Shown here piece by piece: positions 30,124 through 40,683 of a stretch of 64,000 nt of DNA (position 1 is its first letter; each line of letters opens with the position of its first letter). The DNA is taken from positions 128,001-192,000 of IMG/VR virus record IMGVR_UViG_3300029305_003510; one strand, given 5' to 3'. Source of the stretch: a virus. Lineage: Duplodnaviria; Caudoviricetes. Both the position numbers and the translations under genes were made by a program. Under the pieces are notes generated by a model. It did no database searches. It was not told where the DNA came from and saw nothing but the letters and a program-made list of their open reading frames with translations.

Positions 30124-31272
30124 ATGATTCGCAATATGTTATTGCAAGAGGCCATTGAGACAAAGTCTGGTGCTGATGCGGTTGTTGCATCGATCAAAAA
30201 ACTGATGAACACTGCAAAGTTGACCAAATATAAGTCAACTGATAGTTGTGCTAAATTTTATAGCACATTTTTTCTCTGCACACTCCCTGAAGATGTAGAA
30301 GCTCAGCCAACTGTAAATGACTGGGGATATATCTACACGGCTCTTTTGAGCAATGATCCTTTCTGTGCCGATTTGGCCGCTTATATGGCATTATATCACC
30401 CTGCTATTTATACTGGCATTTTTTCTCCGCTCTGGGGTCTGATCCAGTCGGAAGTAACTACAATGAAGCAAAATCGGGTCAGATATTTGACTCTCACAAA
30501 AACAATGATTGCTATGTTACAAACGCGGATGGCAGGGGTTGGTGAATTGGTTCGCTCTCAGATCAATGACCCAGAAGCTTTGAAATTTGTGACGATTGTT
30601 GATCAGGTTCTGAATCAGATGGTTTTTGATTTAACATCTCAGATTCAAACTGAGATTGCAAAAGCTGCTGATCCTGATGATATTGTGTATAGCACAAAAG
30701 GTGACGCTAGTTATCTTAGCGAAACTGCCGAAGAAATTATCTCTTTGCTGGAATCTGCTGATGCTTTCATTGATCAGAAACAGGCTGAGTATCTTGACGA
30801 AGGAATTGTGAACAATGTCAAGGAAAGCGCCAAAGCGACTCTTGTTGCGAAGAAGAAAGCCGAGAATGAATTCGATGAATTCGTTATGAAGAAGGTCAAG
30901 AAACTTCGTGAAGAGAGGCGAAATAAGAAGCACGCTGAGATGGTCGGAGAATCTCTTCGTATCAATCGTGAGATTAAACGACTGCTTAGAAGCGGAGCTA
31001 TCGGAATTCTCAATCCTGCATGGGGTGTCATCTCCTATGTGATTTCTGTTGTCTATGATCGTGCTACTGATAAGAAAGATAGAGCGATTCTTGTCGGTCA
31101 GCTGAAAGATGAGTTAGAGATTGTAGAAGAGAAGATCCAGATGGCTGAGCGTAATGGTGACGAGAAAGCTCGTATTGAGCTGATTCGTTTCCGTCAGAAA
31201 CTCCAGAGAGAGTATGAGCGTATCCAACGTATGCGTTGGGATCCCCAGACTCGTGCCAGAGTGAATCGTTAA
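30124..31272 (+). CDS. Probable virion head protein
   Basis: Late promoter; several L-x-E sites; coiled-coil C-terminus; head module context. Confidence 0.6.
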   Translation: MIRNMLLQEAIETKSGADAVVASIKKLMNTAKLTKYKSTDSCAKFYSTFFLCTLPEDVEAQPTVNDWGYIYTALLSNDPFCADLAAYMALYHPAIYTGIFSPLWGLIQSEVTTMKQNRVRYLTLTKTMIAMLQTRMAGVGELVRSQINDPEALKFVTIVDQVLNQMVFDLTSQIQTEIAKAADPDDIVYSTKGDASYLSETAEEIISLLESADAFIDQKQAEYLDEGIVNNVKESAKATLVAKKKAENEFDEFVMKKVKKLREERRNKKHAEMVGESLRINREIKRLLRSGAIGILNPAWGVISYVISVVYDRATDKKDRAILVGQLKDELEIVEEKIQMAERNGDEKARIELIRFRQKLQREYERIQRMRWDPQTRARVNR

Positions 31273-31292
31273 GAAAGGAGGATATTGTACTC

Positions 31293-32114
31293 ATGAATCT
31301 TTCTAATCTGAGACTCCAGGCTCTTTTAGAAGCTGCTGAAGATGATAAAAAGAAAAAGAACACCGCCAATGATAAAGCGGATGAAACTGAAGAGGCGGAA
31401 GAAGAACAGGAGGAAGAGGAAACCCCTGTAGAGGATGAAGAGACTCCAGAGGAAGATCCTCCGGCTGAAGACAAGGAAACAGAAGAATCCGAGGAGGATG
31501 CACAGGATGGCGAAGAGGAAGAGCCCGCTGACGATCCAGAACCCGAAGGAAACGAACCTGAAACCCCGACCGAAGACACGCCCCCCGAAGGGGAAGAATC
31601 GGAAGAAGGTACCGGTAGTGAAGGTGAAGCTGTAGAGGGTGAAGAAGGAGAAGACGGTAACGACTTTTCTCTTGACAGTGATGATCCTGAGGGTGGTGGA
31701 GAAGATGAAGGACCTGCCCCTGATGGATTACCTGAACCGGATGATGACGGTTCTAGTGACGACACCGCTGGTGATGAACCTATTGAAACCAATGTCCAGA
31801 CAAATATTCTAAATCTCTCTAAGCTTGATCGTGCCATCGCTAAGAGAACTTGTTATCAGATGTTTATGGATTTACGTTCTACAGTTTCCTCCTCTATTAA
31901 TATGATTGATAGGAATGAAACTGTCATTGACCCTGATGTACGGGACTCCGTTACTGCTAATTTGAATAAGATTCTGAAGCAGTTGAACGAATTCCTTACA
32001 TATAAATTCCAGATTGTGAACTATGAGGATGCATTAATGGCCTATTTCATGTTCGTAAAACAGGTGAATTCTCAGATCGAATATGTTAAAAAGGATGGAA
32101 TTACAAAGAAGTAA
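31293..32114 (+). CDS. Highly acidic protein, possible scaffold/core protein
   Basis: ~150-aa D/E/P/G-rich disordered tract; LLEAA site; directly upstream of the capsid gene. Confidence 0.6.
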   Translation: MNLSNLRLQALLEAAEDDKKKKNTANDKADETEEAEEEQEEEETPVEDEETPEEDPPAEDKETEESEEDAQDGEEEEPADDPEPEGNEPETPTEDTPPEGEESEEGTGSEGEAVEGEEGEDGNDFSLDSDDPEGGGEDEGPAPDGLPEPDDDGSSDDTAGDEPIETNVQTNILNLSKLDRAIAKRTCYQMFMDLRSTVSSSINMIDRNETVIDPDVRDSVTANLNKILKQLNEFLTYKFQIVNYEDALMAYFMFVKQVNSQIEYVKKDGITKK

Positions 32115-32238
32115 TTCTAAACATTAAAATAAGGGAAACCGCTGGTTAGGTGGAACAGCCAGTTGGTGCTTTCCCGAGCATTCCGAAAAAGAGCCAATCA
32201 AAAATTAAATCTTTATCTTTGAAAGGAGAGCTGACAAA

Positions 32239-33903
32239 ATGAGCGCTTTGTTTGGCCGTATGAGTAAAAGCGGCGACATTAGTGACATTGTCACTCGGCT
32301 CCAGGGAAGCCCTATCTGCAATGAATCTGTTGCTGGTGCCACCCTGCCCGCTATCGAAATCGAGAACATGAGTGAGTCTATCCAGAAGCTGATGTATGAG
32401 CACTATCATGGCTGCATCAACGATAACTTCGAGGATATGCTGCGTGAGGACGCTAATGGCGTTGCTCAGATGTTTAAGAACAATCTGATCGAGGCTGCGT
32501 CTATGACCAACAGTGGCAACCTGAGCGAGTCCGCTCTGATGCCCAGTCTGGTTACCCTGACTGCCTCTATCGCTACCACTATGCGCATTCCCTACGAGGC
32601 TACTCTGCATCGTCTGTTCGATACTCGTACTATCGACAAGCAGATCGTGGAGATCGAGGAAGTTATTCCCACTATCAAGGCTCCTGGCGATAAGAAGGAA
32701 GAGAACCTGGTGGATGCTCTGGCTCCCTATGCTCCCGTGCCCTTCGTGAAGCGTACCGAGATCGAGGTCGAGACTCTGGTCGATGGTCTGGAGCTGAACA
32801 TCAAGGATGTTCCTCTGCTCGATGGTCGCGATCCTCTGTTCCGCGTGAACCGTGACGTTCGTGTTTCTCATATCGACGTCGAGATCGACGGTGAGGTTAT
32901 CCCCCAGAAGGATATCACCATTGCTAAGGGTTCCGATCCTTACTTCGATGCTCGTGAGAATACCCTGAACTGCCTGTTCAATATCCGCAAGCCTGATGGC
33001 ACCATCTACACCGCTGACCTGACTGCTTCTATCGATTTCGATCGTTCTGTCATGAAGTATATGCGCGGTGATGACGTGATCAAGAAGGTCTACTTCTATG
33101 CTACCGTCAGCCATCACGAGCACACTCATCCCATCTACACTTCCTTCCGCAACAACTTCGATCAGTTTGTGGTTCCCACCCGTCCTCATATCGAAGTCAG
33201 CCTGCCTCAGGAGATGAGAACCGATATCGCCAACTCCATCCAGCACTTTGCTAATACCGACGTGGTTACCGCGATGACTGAGAATATCACCACCATCGCC
33301 ACCCGTATGGAGGATCAGCGCCTGAAGGAGTGCCTGGATAACGGTTATGAGTATATCGCTGAGTTCCCCTTCCAGGCTCCTCAGAACTTCTGTCATGGTA
33401 ACCTGGAGTGGATCAAGCGTGAATTTATTCCCTTCCTGGATCAGTGTGCACTGAAGCTGAAGAATGAGCGTAACGTGACCGACTGCCACTTCCGCGTTGG
33501 TGTGTCTCCCTTCATTCTGCGCCTGCTGGATACCGACTACACCATGGACAAGGCTGCTTCCGAGGATAGCCGTGGTTCCGGTGTCATCAATTACAGCATC
33601 GGTGTGAAGACTTCTACCTCTGTCTTCTACTTCGTCTCCAGCCAGCAGTTCGAGGATAACAAGCTGCAGATGCTGCTCATCCCGAATAACTTCAAGATGT
33701 CTGCTGTGAAGACCTACAACTACTTCAAGTACAGCAGCTTCCTGACTGATCAGCTGCGTCGTGCTGACAACTCCGTGCAGCCCGCGATCGTCTACAGCGA
33801 GCGCAACCTGCCCGTGGTGTTCGAGGCTATTTCTACCGATATTACCATCAAGGGTATGCCCATCATGGCTAATGACGGTCCCATGTTCGTCAAGCGCGTG
33901 TAA
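32239..33903 (+). CDS. Probable major capsid protein
   Basis: 554 aa; extreme high-expression codon bias; late promoter at 32120; N-terminal L/M-x-E cleavage-like sites; next to protease. Confidence 0.7.
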   Translation: MSALFGRMSKSGDISDIVTRLQGSPICNESVAGATLPAIEIENMSESIQKLMYEHYHGCINDNFEDMLREDANGVAQMFKNNLIEAASMTNSGNLSESALMPSLVTLTASIATTMRIPYEATLHRLFDTRTIDKQIVEIEEVIPTIKAPGDKKEENLVDALAPYAPVPFVKRTEIEVETLVDGLELNIKDVPLLDGRDPLFRVNRDVRVSHIDVEIDGEVIPQKDITIAKGSDPYFDARENTLNCLFNIRKPDGTIYTADLTASIDFDRSVMKYMRGDDVIKKVYFYATVSHHEHTHPIYTSFRNNFDQFVVPTRPHIEVSLPQEMRTDIANSIQHFANTDVVTAMTENITTIATRMEDQRLKECLDNGYEYIAEFPFQAPQNFCHGNLEWIKREFIPFLDQCALKLKNERNVTDCHFRVGVSPFILRLLDTDYTMDKAASEDSRGSGVINYSIGVKTSTSVFYFVSSQQFEDNKLQMLLIPNNFKMSAVKTYNYFKYSSFLTDQLRRADNSVQPAIVYSERNLPVVFEAISTDITIKGMPIMANDGPMFVKRV

Positions 33904-33985
33904 TCGAAACAACTTCAAACATCATCTCTCGAGTTTGACTTGTGCGGCGTAATCACTCACTGATCGCTGACTGTAACAAACATTT

Positions 33986-34016
33986 AGCCCCTCCCAATAA
34001 AGGGAGGGGCTTTTTT
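33986..34016 (+). terminator. Intrinsic terminator
   Basis: AGCCCCTCCC-AATAAA-GGGAGGGGCT followed by TTTTT. Confidence 0.85.
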
Positions 34017-34082
34017 ATTTCTGATCTAGCTAAATATTGGAATATATATTATACATATGAAATAAAAGGAGATGAGTATGTT

Positions 34083-34886
34083 ATGAAGCACGGGAATCGG
34101 TTTATTGATATGACCGGTAAAGAATTTACATATCTTAAAGTAATTGAATTTGCCGGAAGACAAGTGCATCCAAATGGATCAAAATCCATATTATGGAAAT
34201 GTGAATGTAAATGCGGGAATACTGTAATAGTACAAGGAGCCTCATTACGGAATGGCAATACAAAAAGTTGCGGATGTTTACATCATACGGTTAATAAAGA
34301 GACTGGAAAAATGATTCTTACTGTATGTAAACCAGCATCAACGCATGGAAAATCAAATACCAGACTATATCGAATTTACAGTGATATGGTATCACGATGT
34401 TTTAGATCATCATGCGCTGCATATAAAGATTATGGTGGTAGAGGTATAACCGTATGCGATGAATGGTATACACCTGGTATTAAAGGAAATCCAGGTTTTG
34501 TTAATTTCTATAACTGGGCAATGGAGAATGGATATGATGATACACTTTCTATTGATCGTAAAGACAATGATGGTCCATACGCTCCATGGAATTGTAGGTG
34601 GACGACTAATGAAATACAAGGAAATAATAGACGTACTACTAAATTCCTTTTGATTGGCAATGAAAAGTTATCCTATACTAATATTGAACGAAAATATGGT
34701 TTGAAACGTAATACTATTAGTCAGCGTTTTAGAAGTGGATGGGATAAAGACATATTGGTGCATTCAATTCTTTATCCAGATAAAATATCCATAAAGTTAA
34801 AGGTGTTTATTACGATGGAAGTGGTAAAATATTTACTTTACAAGAAAAAGAAGAGGGGTGATTTATCACTCTTCTTTTTATATTAG
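34083..34886 (+). mobile_element. Free-standing HNH-type homing endonuclease-like gene (C-terminus possibly frameshifted)
   Basis: DMTGKEF..L.V..WKCECKCG..SCGC..HG.S.TRLY..RC..YGGRGI.VC.EW..IDR.DN.G.Y.P.NCRW; AT-rich relative to neighbours. Confidence 0.8.
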
Positions 34887-34934
34887 AATAAAGAACATCC
34901 ATATACAGTAATGTAAGAAAGGGGCGCGCTTAAG

Positions 34935-36122
34935 ATGATTTTACGTGACGCAGTCACTGGTTTGCTTTTGGCTATGAGCCGTTTCATGACAAAGAAAGGC
35001 ACTGATATGGCATCTCGTCAGGAACTGGCGGATGCGATTAATAATGTTCTCGGAGAAGATCTGCTGGATGCCATTTATATTAACAGTGTGGAAAATGCAC
35101 TGCTTCCGGATATCACTGTTATTCATATCTATAATTCCGGATTTTCTCGTTTCCTTCTGGACCCTGATATCAGTGATACCTGCCCGTTTGGTTTTACTCT
35201 GGAGATCCACGAGCGTTGTTTCGGTCGTTATACTGAGGAGGAACTTACTGCACTGATCCTTCATGACATTCTGCAGAATGTTCAGTCTGATACTGCTAAG
35301 ATTCGCTTTATTAAAGCTTACACTGCAGTTCTTTCCAAGCATAAGACTTCTAAGATTCTGGATATGTTCGATGATATCAGTCTCAGTGAAGTTCTGTACA
35401 TTGCTTTTACCGAAATTTGTCTTCGTCCATTCCGTGTTCCTGTTGGCGGGTTAGACTATGTCGCTACTGATGAGGTCCTGAAGTTTCTCGGTTTGGGAGA
35501 TGCATATGATTCTTATCTGAACAAAATTCTCCCTATGTCCAATATGACTCCTGAGGAAGCTATGGAACTGGAACTGCGCAACGATTATCGTGATCTGAAT
35601 ACCGTAATCAACGCATGTCTGGATTCTTCCATTCGCCATTACTACCATGTAATCCGAGAGGGAGTTCCTCTGGTTACTCTTGATCGAGTATTCTCCAGTA
35701 AGCAGTCTTTGATTTCTACTGGTTTCATTTCTCGTAAGAGAGAATTTAAGAAGAAGAGACCTGTGGTAATGACTCCGAATCAGGAAGCAATCTCTGAATC
35801 TTACAACAATCCGAAGGATGAGCTGGAGATTCGTTTTGCAATCGATAAGATTATCAATGCAATGCGTTATGCTGAGACTGAAGCGGAGCGTGAAGTTGTT
35901 CTTTTTAAGATCAAACAGCTTCAGCTTAAGCTTGCCAAGCAGCAGATCGCCCTTGGTAAGAAAGGCAAGCAAAGTCCTGTAGTTGAAGAGAAGATTCGTA
36001 AACTCCAGGAATTCCAGTCTGAGCTCGATAGTATCAGAGCGAAGATGATGGCTATGGAGATCAAGACTAAGCGTTGGTCTGTTTATGTAAAAGACTCTAT
36101 GCCTACTGGTTATGATTTTTGA
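34935..36122 (+). CDS. Probable virion protein
   Basis: Late promoter AACA-TCCATA-TA at 34894; coiled-coil C-terminus. Confidence 0.6.
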   Translation: MILRDAVTGLLLAMSRFMTKKGTDMASRQELADAINNVLGEDLLDAIYINSVENALLPDITVIHIYNSGFSRFLLDPDISDTCPFGFTLEIHERCFGRYTEEELTALILHDILQNVQSDTAKIRFIKAYTAVLSKHKTSKILDMFDDISLSEVLYIAFTEICLRPFRVPVGGLDYVATDEVLKFLGLGDAYDSYLNKILPMSNMTPEEAMELELRNDYRDLNTVINACLDSSIRHYYHVIREGVPLVTLDRVFSSKQSLISTGFISRKREFKKKRPVVMTPNQEAISESYNNPKDELEIRFAIDKIINAMRYAETEAEREVVLFKIKQLQLKLAKQQIALGKKGKQSPVVEEKIRKLQEFQSELDSIRAKMMAMEIKTKRWSVYVKDSMPTGYDF

Positions 36123-36185
36123 TTTGTTATGGGACAGGTTCATAAGCGAGCCTGTCCCATATTTTCGTTAAAGGAGGATTTTTTA

Positions 36186-36692
36186 ATGCCCAGCAGATTT
36201 CGAAGTGGGGAAGAAACTACACAATTTGATCAGATGACTACCGGTCAGGCTAGAGAGGAGTTACATAGAATGAGCTTAAAACTTGCTAAAATGTACGAAG
36301 CATCTGTTCTTAATGAGATGTTTGCTAAACGCGATAAATCTATTCATGATATCATGGAAGTGCAAGCTTTTCATCGAGAGCGGATTTCTAATTTAACATA
36401 TAGTCAAAAAGAGATCTATGATAAAATGCAGATTTTCTTAAACTCTAAATTAATGCGATTTTTGAATTTCTTCGGATGCTGGTATATTTATGGGAAGAAT
36501 GGATGTGTATACATCAACCGGCCATATAATGAAAAATATGGACCAGCTCCTGTCTTAACCCGTATTAAAAGGCGGTTTAAGAAGACATTTATTAAAACTC
36601 CATCTGAGAATGAAACAAAAGACGGATATAAAACCCAATTTATTTTTGTCGATGAATCAGTTCCGAATACCGAAGAAAAGACTGAATCTTAA
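36186..36692 (+). CDS. Hypothetical protein
   Basis: AAGGAGG RBS. Confidence 0.65.
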   Translation: MPSRFRSGEETTQFDQMTTGQAREELHRMSLKLAKMYEASVLNEMFAKRDKSIHDIMEVQAFHRERISNLTYSQKEIYDKMQIFLNSKLMRFLNFFGCWYIYGKNGCVYINRPYNEKYGPAPVLTRIKRRFKKTFIKTPSENETKDGYKTQFIFVDESVPNTEEKTES

Positions 36693-36729
36693 ATTTCCGA
36701 TTTGAGCGGAAATTAAGATATATACTATA
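36693..36729 (+). promoter_or_regulatory. Bipartite early-type promoter
   Basis: ATTTCCGATTT-N15-TATATACTATA. Confidence 0.8.
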
Positions 36730-36800
36730 TCTGTAGAAACCAAAGATGAAAGGTTTCTGTGGACAACAAATCAACCATAGAAAGAGAAAGGAAAAGATTT

Positions 36801-37184
36801 ATGACAACCAAATACTTAGGAACCGTGGAAGTTCATCGGCTGTTGACTGAAGAAGAGATTGCTGAGAGACGCTCCAATCTTGAAGCTCTATATCTTCAGA
36901 AAAAATTAATTGAAACAGGCCGTCTTCGCAAAAGACTCATGATTAAACAGAAATTAACCGGAATTCTTATGTTGGCAATGTCTGCTCTTATTATTGCCAT
37001 GGCCGCTCAGGGTGACCCCAGCAATCCTTTGGATACTGATGCTACTGCAATTTTGCTCACCATCCCTTTTGGTCTTTATTTGCTCTTTAGTCGGAGGATT
37101 AATATCTGCGCAACTGATAGAGATTTCCGCAGACTTAATAAATTGGAGGAGCTGTACTACAATGCGCAACAGAATCTATATTGA
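36801..37184 (+). CDS. Two-TM membrane protein
   Basis: Hydrophobic segments LTGILMLAMSALIIAMA and AILLTIPFGLYLLF. Confidence 0.7.
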   Translation: MTTKYLGTVEVHRLLTEEEIAERRSNLEALYLQKKLIETGRLRKRLMIKQKLTGILMLAMSALIIAMAAQGDPSNPLDTDATAILLTIPFGLYLLFSRRINICATDRDFRRLNKLEELYYNAQQNLY

Positions 37185-37710
37185 ATCTCGAGTTCTTGGT
37201 AGTATGATCGTTGGGAAACTCATACATACACCATTTACATTTTCACACGTCAGTGCGCCTCCAGTGATTTATGCAGACGGTCGAACTGGGCTATATGAGC
37301 AAGTAATGTTATCATATCAAGAATATCCAGAAGGTGCTCGTATCTTCAATGCTCTGGTAGATACATGGGTGATGCAAAGTAAGAATCATAGCACAATTCA
37401 ATGGAGCTTTGATACAACTGAATATGTTGCTACCAAACATATGAGAGCTTTCGGAAAGATCATAGTTCCTGCTGATCGATTCTTCTATTGGGAGGAAGGT
37501 GATCCTGGTAGCACAACAGAGCTTCGCGATGCAACAATGATGTTCTGTAGTGATCCGAATATGCAGCTAATGAATAGTTTTGCTATTAAGATTTCAGGAT
37601 TTACTAAAGATGCAACCGAGATGTATCAGACATTAGAGTGTATGCATCGAGCATCAAAAACTGCAGATCAACTTCGTAATAACTACAGTCATGTGATGAT
37701 AATCCGGTGA
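37162..37710 (+). CDS. Hypothetical protein
   Basis: GGAGGAG RBS; terminator at 37714-37745. Confidence 0.65.
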   Translation: MRNRIYIESRVLGSMIVGKLIHTPFTFSHVSAPPVIYADGRTGLYEQVMLSYQEYPEGARIFNALVDTWVMQSKNHSTIQWSFDTTEYVATKHMRAFGKIIVPADRFFYWEEGDPGSTTELRDATMMFCSDPNMQLMNSFAIKISGFTKDATEMYQTLECMHRASKTADQLRNNYSHVMIIR

Positions 37711-37812
37711 AAATGGGTGGAGGTTCTATCGGGAGCCTCCACCCTAATATCAGGATTACATGTTGTTTATTTTTATCTTTTAACGAACTTTGATATAATT
37801 CATTAGAAAGGT

Positions 37813-38619
37813 GTGAATCCTAAAATGTTTAGTTCGCAGGAATTGTTGCGGTTTGCATCCCAGGATTATATTCTGGGTAATACTACAATGGAAGAGCAGA
37901 TCGCATTTGTAGAAGATCAGATTCGCAGTCCATTTAATTCTGGAGATATCAATTACCTAAAGAAGCTGATGCGAATGGTTCCCGGTCAGGATGAGATGGA
38001 CGAAATATGTAAACAGTTCTTTACTCAGATTCAAGATGTATATTCTGGTTTGGAAATTGACGTCAATGATTATGATCAGCATCTCTCTGCTATTTGCATG
38101 GCTATATATAAATTCTTTGTAAAGAATGTCGGGAAACTGATGTATGTCTTTATCAAAGAATATCTTTACAATAATAAAAACCGTAAAGGTTTGATCGCAG
38201 AGTTTTCTAATGCAAAGATTCCTAATTACCCAAAAGAGCAATATGGTAAGAAAGATTATTATATTCTCATTACCAAGCTTAATGCGATTGTAGATGAAAT
38301 CTTTGAAGACGATATTAAGCTCAAGAAATTCATTGAATATGTTGAGAAGAGTGATAAAGCTCCAGTATATCTCGATGCAATTTTGGAAGCTATTGAGCAA
38401 GGTATCGTTGTGGATAAAGGAGTCGTCTCCGATATGTACCGTCTGTATAAGAAGTCCGATCTTTTCAGAGGTCATATGAATAAATTGGAGATGGATATTA
38501 CTAAGACCTTTATCATTCCTTATCTTGAAGAGAATGGTATGGCAGACGTTTGGCTGCCTCCTGTGGAAGAAATTCCTGAAGATCTGGACGAATCAGATGA
38601 GGAATCTGATGATGAGTAA
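37813..38619 (+). CDS. Hypothetical protein
   Basis: 268-aa ORF with acidic tail. Confidence 0.75.
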   Translation: MNPKMFSSQELLRFASQDYILGNTTMEEQIAFVEDQIRSPFNSGDINYLKKLMRMVPGQDEMDEICKQFFTQIQDVYSGLEIDVNDYDQHLSAICMAIYKFFVKNVGKLMYVFIKEYLYNNKNRKGLIAEFSNAKIPNYPKEQYGKKDYYILITKLNAIVDEIFEDDIKLKKFIEYVEKSDKAPVYLDAILEAIEQGIVVDKGVVSDMYRLYKKSDLFRGHMNKLEMDITKTFIIPYLEENGMADVWLPPVEEIPEDLDESDEESDDE

Positions 38620-38642
38620 TTAAATGTAGGAGGAAATTAAGT

Positions 38643-40184
38643 ATGTCGAATAAGATTATTGAACTCGAAAATGATCTGAAGAAGAGAGCCGCGGAGGAGG
38701 CAGCTACTTACGAGGAGAATTTCGATAAAGATATGGAGCTGACCAAAGAAGATCAAGAGAAGTTGGCTCAGATTGAACAGGAAGTTCAAACTATGGTCAC
38801 TGAGACTGCTCCTGACGGTTCCAGCTCTTCTGTTCCTATCAGTGAATTTGCATCTCCTCTGGATGATAGGGTTGCAGAGATCAACTCTGTAAGTGATGAT
38901 GCAACTGAAGTTCTGAAAACTGTCAATTCTGGTGATATTAAGAAAACTGTTGAAGATGTGAAGGCTGAAGCTCGTGCTAATGCGATTCAGGCTTTTCGTC
39001 AGCTCTCTGTCACCGATCAGGAGTTGAGTGATGAAGAGATTATTGAAGTCAACAATGCCGGTCTGGAAGCTGTGCAGAAGTATTTGAAAGTTGATCGAAT
39101 CAATTCTGATGAAGTGATTCAGAGACTTCGTAAACTCTCTCTCCGCGATTTCCAGGAATTCCTTCCTGAAAAGTTCATCAGCATTTATGTGAACCCTAGC
39201 GAGATTGCCGCTAATAACTATAAGGCGAAGGAACGTCTTCTGGCTAGTATTGCATATCTGACTGCAACGGGCCCTGAGATGGATTATCTAAATGAATATA
39301 TTGATAACGAGCATCGACTGATGGCTGTTTCTCAGCAGCTGATGAAGTGTCAGGTTGATTTTGCTGATATGCTGAAGGATCCGAAGAAGATTTCTGAGAT
39401 TGCAGCTGAAGCGGCGCAGATTGAAGCTCCCGATGAGACTATCTGGAGCAAGTATATTAGAACTGATCCTAAGCGTGTGCATAATGAGTTTGCACAGAGA
39501 GCTGTAATTTGTTCTAAGTATAAAGAAGCATATCAGTCTGTACTGGAAGAGCATAAGGGTGAGCCTGATGCGGTTGAAATTATACAGGAACAGATTGACG
39601 AATGCGATGCAAAATATGCTGTCTATACCAGCGTGACGAATCTGGAACTGATGAAGTCTCTGTGGGACATTATGACAGAGAGATTTAAGTCTGGTAAGAA
39701 TAGCTACAAAAATCTCGTCCGTGAAGGTGTTGCTGCTATTGATCGTATTCGTCGTAGTAAGCAGAATGTACCTTTCCCGGTATATGATGAGAAGCTAGCT
39801 AAGCGTCCGGAGGAACTCTTTAAGCTTTATATGAAGCAGTATCCTGCTATGATCAAGCAGTATAATAGCGCAGTGATGCTGGTTAAGCAGAAAGAACCCG
39901 ATGAAGTAGCGAAGACAGATATCCAGATGATTACCATTGAGGGTAAGTTTGAAGATACTGTTGCATCCTATTTCTCTTTGTTACTTCTGATCCTGTACGG
40001 TCGTATTATGAAAAAGCTCACCGACAATACGATGACAAAATATGATGCAATCATGCTCGATGCATATTTCCAGTGCTACTGTAAGATGGGTAGTGATATC
40101 TATCTACTGACTGATGTCTGGAATATCATGAAGGACTTTGTTGCATATGCTATCGATACCTGGCCTGTTACTGGTAAGAGGTAA
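38643..40184 (+). CDS. Hypothetical helical protein
   Basis: 513-aa ORF, AGGAGG RBS. Confidence 0.8.
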   Translation: MSNKIIELENDLKKRAAEEAATYEENFDKDMELTKEDQEKLAQIEQEVQTMVTETAPDGSSSSVPISEFASPLDDRVAEINSVSDDATEVLKTVNSGDIKKTVEDVKAEARANAIQAFRQLSVTDQELSDEEIIEVNNAGLEAVQKYLKVDRINSDEVIQRLRKLSLRDFQEFLPEKFISIYVNPSEIAANNYKAKERLLASIAYLTATGPEMDYLNEYIDNEHRLMAVSQQLMKCQVDFADMLKDPKKISEIAAEAAQIEAPDETIWSKYIRTDPKRVHNEFAQRAVICSKYKEAYQSVLEEHKGEPDAVEIIQEQIDECDAKYAVYTSVTNLELMKSLWDIMTERFKSGKNSYKNLVREGVAAIDRIRRSKQNVPFPVYDEKLAKRPEELFKLYMKQYPAMIKQYNSAVMLVKQKEPDEVAKTDIQMITIEGKFEDTVASYFSLLLLILYGRIMKKLTDNTMTKYDAIMLDAYFQCYCKMGSDIYLLTDVWNIMKDFVAYAIDTWPVTGKR

Positions 40185-40190
40185 ACTGAT

Positions 40191-40445
40191 ATGAAGGGTG
40201 AAGTAGTATACACAGTCTGGTATATTCTTGCCGGATTAGCTGCAGTTGGAACATTACTCTACTTCATCAGTAAAATTGCCAAAGATTTCAGACTGTACCC
40301 TTCGTCTAAGAAAAAGTACAGTCTGAATATCTGGCTTTTACGTTTTATATGGGCATTCTTGCTCATATTTGAAACTGCTGGTGGAGTTGTTTTAGTTTAT
40401 TTTACATACTGGCTAGTAAAGTCGGTAGGGAAGATGGTGGTATAA
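40191..40445 (+). CDS. Small two-TM membrane protein
   Basis: Two hydrophobic helices. Confidence 0.6.
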   Translation: MKGEVVYTVWYILAGLAAVGTLLYFISKIAKDFRLYPSSKKKYSLNIWLLRFIWAFLLIFETAGGVVLVYFTYWLVKSVGKMVV

Positions 40446-40447
40446 AT

Positions 40448-40654
40448 ATGAAGATAGCATTAATCATTGAAGCGATACTGATTATTACCCTATTCATTTC
40501 TATCCTTAAGGATATGATAGGTGATGCAAATGAAGCAAAGTGTCGTGGTGAAGACCCTAATACTTTTGGTGTATATTTCACCTGGTTCTTTCTATCTCTC
40601 CTGATTCTTTATGAAGGGATGAAGATCTATTGGGCGCTTTTCGTTTTAAAATGA
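40448..40654 (+). CDS. Small two-TM membrane protein
   Basis: Two hydrophobic helices. Confidence 0.6.
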   Translation: MKIALIIEAILIITLFISILKDMIGDANEAKCRGEDPNTFGVYFTWFFLSLLILYEGMKIYWALFVLK

Positions 40655-40683
40655 CACCATTATAAAAGGTGGTGAAACTAAAC

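Noticed and set aside
31330-31790. DNA repeat element in the GAA/GAG-rich stretch
   Set aside because: Explained by the low-complexity acidic protein sequence.
32146-33918. Long antisense ORFs (590 aa over the capsid gene; also 41558-43045, 21062-22504, 13451-14437 and others)
   Set aside because: They mirror highly expressed genes whose codon bias avoids TTA/CTA/TCA, removing antisense stops; no RBS, promoter or protein-like composition.
40191-40654. Holin/antiholin call for two small TM proteins
   Set aside because: No adjacent endolysin or late promoter directly upstream; only topology supports it.
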